DNA from: Diadema antillarum
Lineage: Eukaryota
Assembly: GCF_040938485.1 (NCBI RefSeq)
Contig: NW_027271055.1
Span: 1,364,001-1,428,000, forward strand
DNA length: 64,000 bases
Direction of reading: 5' to 3'
Below the pieces are notes generated by a model. That model saw nothing but the letters and a program-made list of their open reading frames with translations. It ran no database searches and was not told the origin of the DNA. Position 1 is the first letter of the stretch; each line of letters opens with the position of its first letter. A program made the translations under genes and the position numbers. Positions 48,748 to 60,930 of this stretch are shown piece after piece.

Positions 48748-48819
48748 CATTATGTTGTAGGGACTGCAGTTGCACTTGATCCATAGCAACAGACAATTCA
48801 TTGGAACTACGAACAGCAC
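48748..48819 (-). CDS. Candidate upstream RLR linker exon (72 nt, phase 1 to 1)
   Basis: Acceptor ttccactttccctgaag, then (G)AVRSSNELSVAMDQVQLQSLQHN(G), then donor GTGAGT. No homology recognised. Confidence 0.35.
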
Positions 48820-50372
48820 CTTCAGGGAAAGTGGAATGCAACAGTTCTTTATTGCAGGTTTCTTTGAGTTGTATTGTAAGCATATAAGTAAGACACTGAT
48901 CAATTAGCCCGTAAAATGTATCTTGCATGAGATATAAGCCCCTTTTGCCTTAACAGTGAATGTTTTTGCCTACTCACACCTCATCAGCGCTATATACCTC
49001 TTTATGTGGTGAAGAGTATTACAAAATGTAAGACTATCATTTTGGATTAATTAATACCTTAGAAAATTGAAGAAAAATATATAGTATAGAAGGATTTCCA
49101 CATTTCTGTGAACAACAACACAAGTGTAAGAAATAAACAAATTAATTTATATGTAAAAAATGTGTTTTTGAGGAAAAAAGTTCTTGTGTATAATCGTTAT
49201 ATCTTCCGTCCATATCCATTTTCATCGCCAGGTATAGTTGTAATGTAGAATTCATCTCAAACGTAGCGCTTTTTTCCTTCCTCTTAGAAAACGAAGAAAG
49301 ACAATATTTTGTTTGGCTTTTCAAGAGCCAATATTTGTGCGTTTGTTTTGCTTTTAGTTTGTTTTGTGTTTTCGTTTTGTTTTTGTGTGGAGCAGGAAAT
49401 AATGTACATGGGCCAACAAGTTTTCAACATGGGCCAGTATAGATTTTGTGCATGGGCAAGCAAATTCTCTGTCATGTTGCAGTGCTTCATCCATCAATAT
49501 CTGGGTGAATTTCGCTATCATCTGTACAGTCATGAAATTAAACGAATGTGGCACCTCTGAATTGCACTGCATATCTTATATTGCAGAAAAATTAGATGGA
49601 GCTGTTTAAATTCTTTATCTCTGCACCAAATCTTCTACTAGATATTGAGCTGTATAATACTAACTATACTTCTGTTCTTGCAATACATAGAACAGTTACA
49701 GGGCATTATTTTGTACAAACTATCAACAAACATAATAGTGCTTTATAGATGCAATGATTCCACTACATCATAAATCAACTGACCACTTCCACCCTCTCAC
49801 TGCCTTTTGTCAGCAGCTGATGTTTTCACAATATTTGATAATGTTTTCTTGATCAAGTCATTAGCTTTATTATGCAGGCCGGATGGAAGGAACTTAAAGT
49901 GGTACGGTTTCTGTGGGGGACCGGGGGTGAAACCGTGAGCGGGGATGCTGTATTATCAACACTGAAATTCAACGATCCGGTAAACACTTTTTGGTATAGA
50001 ATATGTGGAAGATTTGGAATGAAAAAAAAAAATACGAGAGAACAAAATAGACATTCAGGGGCAATGTGAATGACTATAAAGTTAATTATCTAAGTGGTAT
50101 TTTCAACCTCTTGTTATGCGCGTGTATAGAGGATGAACGGATGGGGGTTAGGGTGGAAGTGGGTGTGGGAAGGGGCATTTACATCTGTAGAATCAAAATT
50201 GAACGATGTGGTGTATACTTTTGATGGGATATCTGGAAACTTTTTGATAGAAAAGTAAGAAGCGGGGACAATGTGAATGGCTATAAATATTGGAATTTGT
50301 CACCTCTTGTTCCGCGGGTGCAGCCATCATTGAAAGTGTATGAAAATAAATTAGGTTGAGGGTGTGCGTGGG

Positions 50373-53143
50373 CACTGGCGTAGCCAGGGGGGGGGGGGGC
50401 GATGGGGGCGGTCGCCCCCCCTAAGATTTGGACCGGGGATTTGGGAGGCGGAAAAAAAAATGCGTGTATACTGTATGCATGCACATGAAGCGGGTCTCCT
50501 TTGCAACCTTTCATCAAATAAGGTATTTTTTTTTTAATATTTCACTCAAAGTGTGCACCAGATCGTTGAATTTCAATTCAAAATATGCAAAATTTCTCGT
50601 GCTTGGGAGGGGGTATCTCCCTCCCAAACCCTCCCCCTCTGTGCCTCTTTCCCTAGCTAAGTACACTTTTTAGATTTACAAAAAATTCTGAATAATTCTG
50701 AGTGCACAAGACTTATCATTTATATTCCGAAAACTGAAGGTTCCCTCATGTATAAGGGGAATTTCCCCTTTTAATCGACCCTTTCCTCCCTCAGCCCCCC
50801 CCCCCCATCATTTTTTTTTTTTTGGGGGGGGGGGTGATTTCCCAAATGTTGATTCCATCAATTATGCGTATACGAGATATCTCAATTTCAACCTTAAAAA
50901 GATAAAAGCTCCATCGGAAGGGAAGGGTGGAGATAACACTCGCCCACGCCTTCTCCCTGCTTGCCCCCCCCCCCCCCCTTCACCCCGCCATGCAAAGAAG
51001 TAGACTGTGGCTATACCCAGATCGCTTTATTTCAATTCTAAAAACGCAAAAGCTCCGCGAGAAGTATTGCACCAAAAATTTGCACCAGATCGCTGAATTT
51101 CAGGTCTGAAAACGCAAAATCACCTTCGTGTGGGAGGGGATATGCCCCTATCTACACCCTCGTGTGCATGCTTTTTCTGTTTGATTGCTGAACAGACAGC
51201 GTTCATGATATTCAGTGTAAGAATTAATACAAGAAGACTAGTGTATTTAAATTATACCATTTTATAGGCAATTGTTCAATAATAATCTACACTAAAATAT
51301 ACTGCAACCTTAAACAAGTGGGACTGTTTCAACTCGTTAAAACACGCAAAAACATGCATCAAATTGCACCATTTGCAACATCAAAATGCAAAAAGTTCTC
51401 ACCGTGGGAGGGGGGACACCCCCCTCCCACACCCTCCCCTACCCCCTCGCTCGCTCCGCTCGCTCGGGTTCAGTCGCGTTCATGATATTCAGTGAACAGA
51501 ATTAATACAAGAAGTGTATTTGAATTATACCATTTTATAGGCAAATTGTTCAATAATAATCTACACTAAAATATACTGCTACCATAAACAATTGGGACTG
51601 TTTCACGTCGATAAAACGCGCAAAAACATGCATCAAATTGCACCATTTGCAAAATCAAAATGCAAACAGTTCTTACCGTGGGAGGGGGGACACCCCCCTC
51701 CCACACCCTCCCCTCCCCCCTCGCTCTCTCTGCTCGCTCGGGTTCAGTCGCGTTCATGATATTCAGTGAAAAGAATTAATACAAGAAGTGTATTTGAATT
51801 ATACCATTTTATAGGCAAATTGTTCAATAAAAAATATACTGCTACCTTAAACAAGTGGGACTGTTTCACGTCGATAAAACGCGCAAAAACATGCATCAAA
51901 TTGCATCATTTGCAACATCAAAATGCAAAAAGTTCTTACCGTGGGAGGGGAACACCCCCCTCCAACACCCTCCCCTCCCCCCTCGCTCGCTCCGCTCGCT
52001 CGGGTTCAGTTGCGTTCATGATATTCAGTGAAAAGAATTAATACAAGAAGTGTATCTAAATTATACCATTTTATAGGCAAATTGTTCAATAATAATCTAT
52101 ACTAAAATATACTGCTATGTACCTTAAACAAGTGGGAATGTTTCACGTCGATAAAACGCGCAAAAACATGCATCAAATTGCACCATTTGCAAAATCAAAA
52201 TGCAAAAAGTTCTTACCGTGGAATCCCACATCCTCCCCTCCCCCTCGCTCGCTCCGCTCGCTCGGGTTCAGTCGCGTTCATGATATTCAGTGAACAGAAT
52301 TAATACAAGAAGTGTATTTGAATTATACCATTTTATAGGCAAATTGTTCAATAATAATCTACACTAAAATTTACTGCTACCTTAAACAAGTGGGACTGTT
52401 TCACGTCGATAAAACGCGCAAAAACATGCATCACATTGCACCATTGCAACATCAAAGTGCAAAAAGTTCTTACTGTGGGAGGGGGACACCCCCTTTCCAC
52501 ACCCTCCCCTACCCCCTCGCTCGCTCCGCTCGCTCGGGTTCAGTCGCGTTCATAATATTCAGTGAAAAGAATTAATACAAGAAGTGTATCTAAATTATAC
52601 CATTTTATAGGCAAATTGTGCAATAATAATCTACATCAAAATAAACTGCTACTATAAACAAGTGGGACTGTTTCACGTCGATAAAACGCGCAAAAACATG
52701 CATCAAATTGCACCATTTGCAACATCAAAATGCAAAAAGTTCTTACTGTGGGAGGGGGACACCCCCCTCCCACACCCTCCCCTACCCCTTCGCTCGCCCC
52801 GCTCGCTCGGGTTCAGTCGCGTTCATGATATTTAGTGAAAAGAATTAATACAAGAAGTGTATCTAAATTATACCATTTTATAGGCATGTTTAATAATAAT
52901 CTACATCAAAATAAACTGCTACCATAAACAAGTGAGACTTTTTCACGTCGATAAAACGCGCAAAAACATGCAGCAAATTGCACCATTTACAACATCCAAA
53001 TGCAAAAAGTTCTTACCGTGGGAGGGGGGAAACCCCCCTCCCACACCCTCCCCCCCTCGCTCGCTCCGCTCGCTCGGGCTCGGTCGCTTCGCTCCCTCGC
53101 AGACTAACCGCCCCCCTAAGATGAAATCCTGGCTACGCCGTTG
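50373..53143. mobile_element. 2.77-kb hAT-type non-autonomous element with an 8-bp TSD and an internal satellite
   Basis: TIRs CACTGGCGTAGCCAGG and CCTGGCTACGCCGTTG (14/16 match); TSD TGCGTGGG at 50365-50372 and 53144-53151. Confidence 0.88.
51200..53085. repeat. Tandem array of 7 units of about 262-277 bp
   Basis: Anchor (g)atattcagtg at 51207, 51484, 51758, 52020, 52282, 52554 and 52827; the units are highly similar. Confidence 0.95.
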
Positions 53144-54990
53144 TGCGTGGGGGTATTCCCCCTACCCCGACACCCCACCCCAACACACACACACACGCAC
53201 ACACGACGGAGCTTTTGCATTTGTAGAGCTGAAATTCAACAATCTAATGCACACTTTAGCTGAAATATCTAGAAAATTTTCAATAAAAAAGTAAGGGAAA
53301 AAAAACGTATATCCAGGGATAATGTGCATGGCTAAATCGTGGTATCACCTCTTGTCCTGCTCGTCTGTCTTCACTGATGCGTTCCTAGGTACACAGTCTC
53401 TGAAGGTGGAGGGCTCACCGGCAATGACAAAACAAACACCAGTGCATGGAGTTGTGTCATTGCACTTATTACGATAAAAACACTAGGATAAAGAGATGTG
53501 ACAAAATTAATCAATGTAGTTAATTGACAGTAGCAAAAAAACACAAAATAACTAACTTCTTAAATTGTTGCGTGATATATATATATATTTTTCATTTTGC
53601 TGATCAAATTGCAGTTGAACATTTTATATCTGAGTCCAAAGACAAGGGGGTTTCAGGGGGGGGGGGATTACACGCCAATACGCCAATATCGGAAAGGAGG
53701 GCCTATATTATTGATTTTGTGTTGGGCTGCTATATCAAACACGTCACACAGACAGCAGTATGCAATCAGATTAGCGTCTTATGTCTGTTCATTTTAGGGT
53801 AACGTCACACTGTCTCGTTGATCCCGATCTTGGTTAAAAGCCAATCAACAGCCGAAGCAACATGAACTGTGAACTCACCTCGCTATATGAACAAACAAAT
53901 GGAGTGGTGAAATACGTTGGTTGGTTCCCTTTTCCGTTCAAATTCTTCGTCCACTGGAATAGCAATAAGGTACTTAAACCTGGCAGAAGGATCCAACATG
54001 CAAACATTCAAGAACAAGGTGGCGATTGTCACTCATTCGTTAGTCCAAATCTATCAAAGTAGGCCTACATGTATCTATTTACAACAATACTACAGAATGA
54101 GCTTTCAGCAAGCAGTGTTCTCGCTTAACCTCACTCCTGTACGTTCGCAATTTGCACTTGTCACAACGCGAATACCAATATGTCTGATCAATACTAGGCC
54201 AGCTGGTGTAAGCACGATGCTCTTGGGGAATCCCAGAGTATCGGGGAATACCACTTCATCCTCCTTATCAACAGCGAGTTATGAAAATCAACTCTGTCAT
54301 TAACAACTCGATAATTTTCAATAGCAATGAACTTCCTCATGGCTTAAATTTCACACACAGCAGACACTCCTGATACCATGTACATGTATATGACCAATGC
54401 AGCCCAGAATTTTCTGGAAACATCGCTAAGAAATATTATTACTTCTGATTTGGATCATTTCGCTCCCTCTCTCCCTCTCTATAATATAGCTACAATTAAG
54501 GGGGTCTTGACAAAGCCACTTCTGCCCTCTTTTGTTGAGAGTAAATACAACTGGCCTATATACCCAGCAGAGCCGTGAACCAACAAATTTACACTGTGTT
54601 GGTGTAATTTCTTGTGAGCGCATCTTTCATAGTTGTGTCAATAGGAGTGAATGTCATGGTGTTCAATTAGTCCCACATATAGAACTTCTTCTCATCACTG
54701 ATCTTTTTAATCCTCTTCTTCTTTTCCCTCTTTTTCCACGCACCCTTGATTTCAGGCATGCTTTAGTAGGTCTATCGAATACACAAAAGTTTCTTGATTT
54801 GTGTGCACGTGTGTTTAGGTATTTGTAGAGAAGGATAATTTCGATCAACTGTGATTACTCCGTTGGATAAGATTTGGGACATATCACTGGATCTTTAGCT
54901 GAAAGTTTCACTCATTGGGTAATTTGAAAGATCTGTAAAGCTTTCTGTCCCTTGGGAAAGGCTTCAATGAGACTCTCCTTAAAGGACCTA

Positions 54991-55235
54991 CTCTCTAAAA
55001 AAAAAATCGAGTGAAAATATTCACTCTTAAAGGAGTGAATACAAAAAAGAGTGAATTTAAAGTGAAATTGAAGTGAATTTTGAGTGAAAATGTTCATTTT
55101 CACTCATTTTGGAGTGATGAGGTCACTCTAAAACGAGTGAAAATGAACATTCACTCCAATTTCACTCTAAATTCACTCTTTTTTTGTATTCACTCCTTTA
55201 AGAGTGAATATTTTCACTCGATCTTTTTTAGAGAG
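54991..55235. mobile_element. 245-bp foldback (palindromic) MITE
   Basis: Left arm ctctctaaaaa...atcgagtgaaaatattcactcttaaaggagtgaatacaaaaaagagtgaattt is the reverse complement of the right arm over about 90 bp. Confidence 0.8.
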
Positions 55236-55748
55236 ATAGTCGGTGAACATGCATATTGACTTGTGTTGATTCAAGATACCGGTACTCTCTTATGACGCAA
55301 AACGATATTTTACTGTAACATGTTTTATATATTTTCATTATATTTTTTTCTTCTATCTTTACTTGGATACGCCCATAAAAAAATTCCAAATGTAGATTCT
55401 GCCAGTGACCTCATCTGTCAATCTTTTCTAGCATAATGTAAGAGCACTTGTCTAACCGCTTTCAGAAAGTAGGGGGAATAATTGCTACCCTTAACATATG
55501 TCAGTATCAAGTTGATGGAATGTGTAATTTTCATAAAAAATGAATTTTTGTGGAAATCCCTCTATATTTTCTTTATATTGTTGTCCACTCATACGTCATA
55601 ACCTCTAGTAGTCTCCTCATCAAAAACTTTATAATTCATAACTTTTTCATCGATTTTCCGATTTTCCTCAAACTTTCACTGATGTCTTCTACTAATGTTG
55701 CTACTTTCACTCAATCCACATTGCTCTTTGGGTTTGAGTGCCCTTTAA

Positions 55749-56375
55749 AGAGGAAATCCAGTCCAAATATGAGTTAGTCTGATAAAAAAGAGCAAAATTT
55801 TAGGAGTTCAACGGTAAAAATTTGACTGAAATTGGATGAAAAATAAGGAAGTTATGAAATTTTGAAGTTCTGATAAGTTCTCCTAAACAGTTCTTGTACA
55901 GTGGGTATGAATATGTAAATGAGTTAGCTAACCATGTCATACCCTCACAATTTTCCATTGATAGTGTACAAAAAAATAATGACGAAAATTCAATGTTTCT
56001 GACATTGAAGTCTAAAACATGACGTTATTTCTGATTGAATAACTTCAGAACAGTGATCAGTTGGAATAGATGTATGAGGATTTGAGCCTCGGGCATCATT
56101 TCTATAATTGCATTTGAATGAAAAACTGGAAATTTCAACATTTTATGTACAAAATATGTGGCAAGTTGTGAGGGGATGACATGCTAACTTCATCATTTGC
56201 ATTATTGACTGTTCAAGAACTGTTCCCCCCCCCCAAAAAAAAAAAAAATAGTGAAACTTCAAAATGTCATAACTTGCTTATTTTTCATCCAATTTCGATC
56301 AAATTTATACCGTTGAACTCGTAATATTTTACTCTTTCTTATTGGACTAACTTATATTTTGACTGGAGTTCCCCT
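55749..56375. mobile_element. Kolobok-type non-autonomous element with TTAA flanks
   Basis: TTAA|AGAGGAAATCCAGTC ... GACTGGAGTTCCCCT|TTAA. A TTAA TSD with RR...YY termini is the Kolobok pattern. Confidence 0.75.
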
Positions 56376-57334
56376 TTAAGTACTACTACTTAACAAAAGA
56401 CACAATGCACCTTCCCCTAGACAGAGCGTTATATAACCTGCATGTATCCATGTTACTAATATGACTATCAAAAGACATTGCAGGGATGGAGTAATTGTCA
56501 ACCCTTTACTCAACCAGCCACGAGCTCTACCCCCTCCCCCCCCCCCCCCCACACACACACACAAATCTGCATCTCTCTCTCATTTGGAACAAACTTGAAT
56601 AAGTATATATCATTTAAAAAGAATTCACTATATCCCTATAGGTACATTTGCACATCTTTATTTCGTATGTCAAAAGAGCAAGTCAAATTCGTTAATGAAT
56701 GTATATTTGAGGGGTCGGTGCAATATAGTGCTAACCCACACAATAGTCATTTTGAGATAATTGCTGTTGAAGGTTTGGAAAGTCCATACATTGTACATTG
56801 ACAAAACATGAATGCATGCAATTTTTACCATCTTATTGGTTGAATTCAAATATGATATTTTTCACGGAGGTTAGAGTGAAGGATAAGGATTATGAAAATG
56901 CCTGTAACTCAATTTTGACAAAAGTGTGGGTTAGCACTATTATTGCACCGACCCCCTCATTTGTCTCCATGCAAACCTTCCATACACGAGTCATACTCAT
57001 AGCCATCTTAGCAAGACGCAGCTACGCAAAACAATCTGGAGAGACATCTGTAAAATTCACTTCAACGTTGGCACAGAATACTACGGCAGCATTTAAAGAG
57101 AAGCTTGATAGTCCTTGGTACAGTCCACAAAACAAAGCTAACTTGAAGTGAAATGCGTTCACTTCCATATCCAGCAAAGATATTAAGTAAACTCAGCTGG
57201 GTGGATGAAGTCCTGTTAGAGTAATCACGGTTATGTCTAATCAGATGGGTTAATCAGATACCGGTCAGATTTTATTGGATAAAAATGATCAAATGGACAA
57301 TTAATGTTTCTTAAGTGAGTATGTTCTACCTTTA

Positions 57335-60051
57335 AAAGAACATTTTCATGAAACCACAAGGTAAATAATACCCAGTGAAACATTGACATTTTTTGTGTGC
57401 ACAATCGACAGAATACATTTTCTTATTCTACGCAACGCCAAATACAGGGGACTAATAATTTGCGACGCAAATTTTTGGTCAATCATGAATGAAACTTCTC
57501 CTGTTTTGTTTGCCTGCTTTTGATCTTAAAGGCCAAGTTGGGCTTGATGTGGAATTGCCATTTTATGTTTCAAAAAGAAAACCTGCAGCTTAGAGTGAAA
57601 TCAAATTTCACTGGTTTCCTTATTGCTAAAAACACCACAGGACATCAAGCAGAATATGACTCATCATTCTTTCATGTTACTGAACATGAGAGATCATACA
57701 AAATATGACTACAAAACAAAATAAATGATTCAAAGCTTTTTGCATTTCAGAAAGCCTATCTTCACAACTATAAAAAAAAAACACACTGAAGATTTACTGG
57801 GTCTCCTTCGAAAAAAAAAAAAAAATCAGCCAACCCAAATATGTTGGTATGTACAAGTCTATTCTGCTGAATTTCCTAGAATTCACATCACAGAGATAAT
57901 AGATGAAATGTTTCTACATTATGACTTTAAGCCAACGTATGAGCACATTTTGCTGTTACAAAATGATACCAATTTTCAAATTCACATAATTAATGTTCAA
58001 CTGCGATGTTCACTACACTTGGAATGTAAAATATACAGCTTCTTATTTCAGTTTGACTGAACATTGCCGTGACAATGAATGTGATGTCGATTTTATCAAA
58101 ATTCCTCAAAATTCTTGTTTCTCTTCTCAGACATACATGAGCACAGCATTGCAAAGTAAGACACCAATACTTTCAACATTCATTAAAATGCACACATATT
58201 GAAATTGTTCAGATCTTTTTCAAATTATCAATGAATGAAGACAAGAGATGAAAAGACATTGAGGAGTAGATTATGTGGACATCAATAGATCCTTAAATTT
58301 GATTAATCGATATGGTACAATGATTAAAATTCAGAAAATGATTTCCTTGGGAGAGGCTAATTATTGTACTTTTTTATTGGTATGTTCACAAAAGAGAAGA
58401 CCATGTCTTCTAAAAAGGTAAGTTACACAAAACTTGGAACATATGGTTGATTATAAAACATCACATAGATTATATAAATGATTTCATTGTCATAACTCCT
58501 GTGTCAAAGCACTTTTAAGTTTACTTATCTATTCATTTTCATTTATTCACAACATCTTTTAACAGGGACATTCTGTTCAGTTTGGCTGATACCCAGCAGA
58601 CCTCTTTCAAGTATTTGAAGCTCTTTATACAGTGTAAATAGACTTTTAGAGTAAAAATATATATATATACAGTATTTGACGAATTACCCTTTGTAGCTAC
58701 AGTCACAAATGATGCAAATTATTGTAAGTAGGAAATCATTGTACTCATAGTTTGTGTATTCATCATGTAATGATGGAAAAAAGAATGAAAATTGGTGCTT
58801 TTCTTTTCTTAAACACAGATTTCAATCTGGCAAAAAAAAAAGAAGAAACTTCTCTTGGGTCTTCCTTTCATTACAAAATGACTTGCTCGTAAAACCATTT
58901 TTCAATGTGTAACAACACCAAAGACTGCAAGGTTTATCCACTCAGACAACATAATATTATGTTAGCATATGCTAGCATATATGAGAAGAGTTTAGCTTGC
59001 AGAAGCTGTAACATCAGTGTTCCACTTCCAAATTGTTTCAAGCAAAGATGCCAGGTATACTTTCAGCATTCAGGTCATACACCTTTCAAGATTGTTCACT
59101 AGCTGCTTACACTTTCAAACCTACACAAATTTGACATTCTAAGTTTTGTAACTGCACAGGAATATAACATCTTGATTACATGGAAAGTATATCTGAGTGC
59201 ATAGGTTCCTGAAATCTTGATTAGACGAAAAGTTACTATTGAGTACACAAAGTAATTCAGCTTTCTTGACATTGCAGACTTAAAAAACTCATTCACTTGG
59301 AAGTAGAAGTATATTCAGGTCAAGTAAACTAATTTGTGAAACAAATGTACAAGAAAAGATATTTGATTAAAGTCCTGGTTGCATCCTTAAGATCTACAAA
59401 ATTCATTCATTATCAATGAAATATGAGGAATATCAGATTACTAATTTTGTATGTGTTGTTTTGATCATGGAACAAGACAACAGACATTTTACAGGAATTG
59501 TACTTGTACAAAAGTTGCACTTAGGAGTGGTAAGAAATCATCGACAGACACACTGCCTGAAAAAGTAGATGATGATCTGTAAGATTTTTGCTGTTGTTCT
59601 GTTTTGTTTTGTTTTGTTTTGTTTTTTGTTTGCTTGTTTTGTTTTTTGTTTTGTTTTTTGCTGATGGGAAAAGAAGGAAAGAATGAGAAAGACTTAAGAG
59701 TACTAGAGAGACTGGCTGGTGGTATATTGCACCATCAGTACGGTGCTGTGGAGATTGATGTGTTGTACCACGACAGGGGCGGATCCGGGAATTCCGTGAT
59801 GAGGGGGCGCCTTTACAAAATTAAGGGGGGGGGGGGGACACACCCCTCTCCCAATTTTGTTCTTTTTATTTCTTTAGTTTCAACACACAATAAAGGGGGA
59901 CGGGGGCACGCATCCGGTACGCTCTCCCTGGATCCGCCACTGTACGACGATATGTTTATCTCCATTCTCTGCTATACAAATTGCGAAGGAATCAAAGAGA
60001 TAGAATGTACATCTTCTCCAAATGATATGCAAGAGAATGGGGGTAACCCAC
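57335..60051 (-). other. Putative 3' UTR / downstream region of RLR paralog B
   Basis: Collinear with 29760-32294. Confidence 0.7.
59774..59942. mobile_element. CAGGGGCGGATCC-family MITE in the 3' UTR of paralog B, absent from paralog A
   Basis: TIRs caggggcggatcc and ggatccgccactg; the flanks align with paralog A at about 32160-32200 without the insert. The TSD is not exact. Confidence 0.75.
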
Positions 60052-60525
60052 TTAGTAGATATATTCTTCTGGGCGGGCAACATCTTCAAGTGATGCCTCC
60101 TCGAAGGTGAAGGGCAGTAAACTCCACTTCCGGTAGGGCTTGGACTTGCTGTTATTGCGTGTCACGAGGAAATACTTCACCGAGATGGCGAGGATGAAAT
60201 CTTCTCGGAACTTCAGAACACTGCCCCACTTGATGTGACAATCTTTGCACGCTAGCTTCCGCTCGCTCTTCTTCATTCTTGCCCATTTCCTTGTTTCGGG
60301 TGATTGGCGGTCACTGCAAGGTCTGACCACTTTCTTGGCCAGGAATTCAGGGGCGATGACGACGTGATGACCACCAGGTATCACCCTGATGTCGCTTGAC
60401 CGACAGACAAGAACCCAACACTTCTGGCAGCGGAACTCATGGTTCATAAGATCCACAGATTTCTTGCCCGAAGGTAGCCGGTAGAAGCGAGATTGCATCT
60501 GTCGTCTTCTTTGGATGGTTGTGAT
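60052..60525 (-). CDS. RLR paralog B last exon: CTD
   Basis: ITTIQRRRQ...NHEFRCQKC...GGHHVV...CKDCHIKWG...KWSLLPF; acceptor ctctttcag; TAA at 60052. Confidence 0.93.
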   Translation of the reverse strand: MTTIQRRRQMQSRFYRLPSGKKSVDLMNHEFRCQKCWVLVCRSSDIRVIPGGHHVVIAPEFLAKKVVRPCSDRQSPETRKWARMKKSERKLACKDCHIKWGSVLKFREDFILAISVKYFLVTRNNSKSKPYRKWSLLPFTFEEASLEDVARPEEYIY

Positions 60526-60930
60526 CTGAAAGAGATGAGACAGTTATAACCTCCTTTGCTAATAGTCAATTCTTCCATACTATAACAACTCCCTATATTC
60601 TTACATGTGACACAGGGATCAGTGTTGTCAGATGATTTTTTTTCCTTGCTTGTCTTAGGTTACATCCCTTTTGGTTATTATCAGCTATACACTATACTAG
60701 ATGAAAAAGATCAAGAACACTCTCCCCATAGATACATAATACAAAAAAAAAGAAATTACACAAGGAATAAAATGAACAATTAAGTACATACAATTGTAAG
60801 AAATTCAATTGGATACAGCAATTATTATTAATCAAAATACTACAAAAAATATCTTGACTAGAAATTAGCTCATTTGTAGCTTTATTTAGGGACTTAGACC
60901 TTAAAATCTGATGCATAAAAAGTATGATGT

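Noticed and set aside
49800-49911. Exon-like segment KPYHFKFLPSG...
   Set aside because: Weak donor, phase incompatible with the 48.8-kb candidate exon, and no CARD similarity.
40590-53085. The two long tandem arrays as CRISPR-like arrays
   Set aside because: The whole unit repeats with no unique spacers, units are 150-270 bp, there are no cas genes, and the context is a spliced eukaryotic locus.
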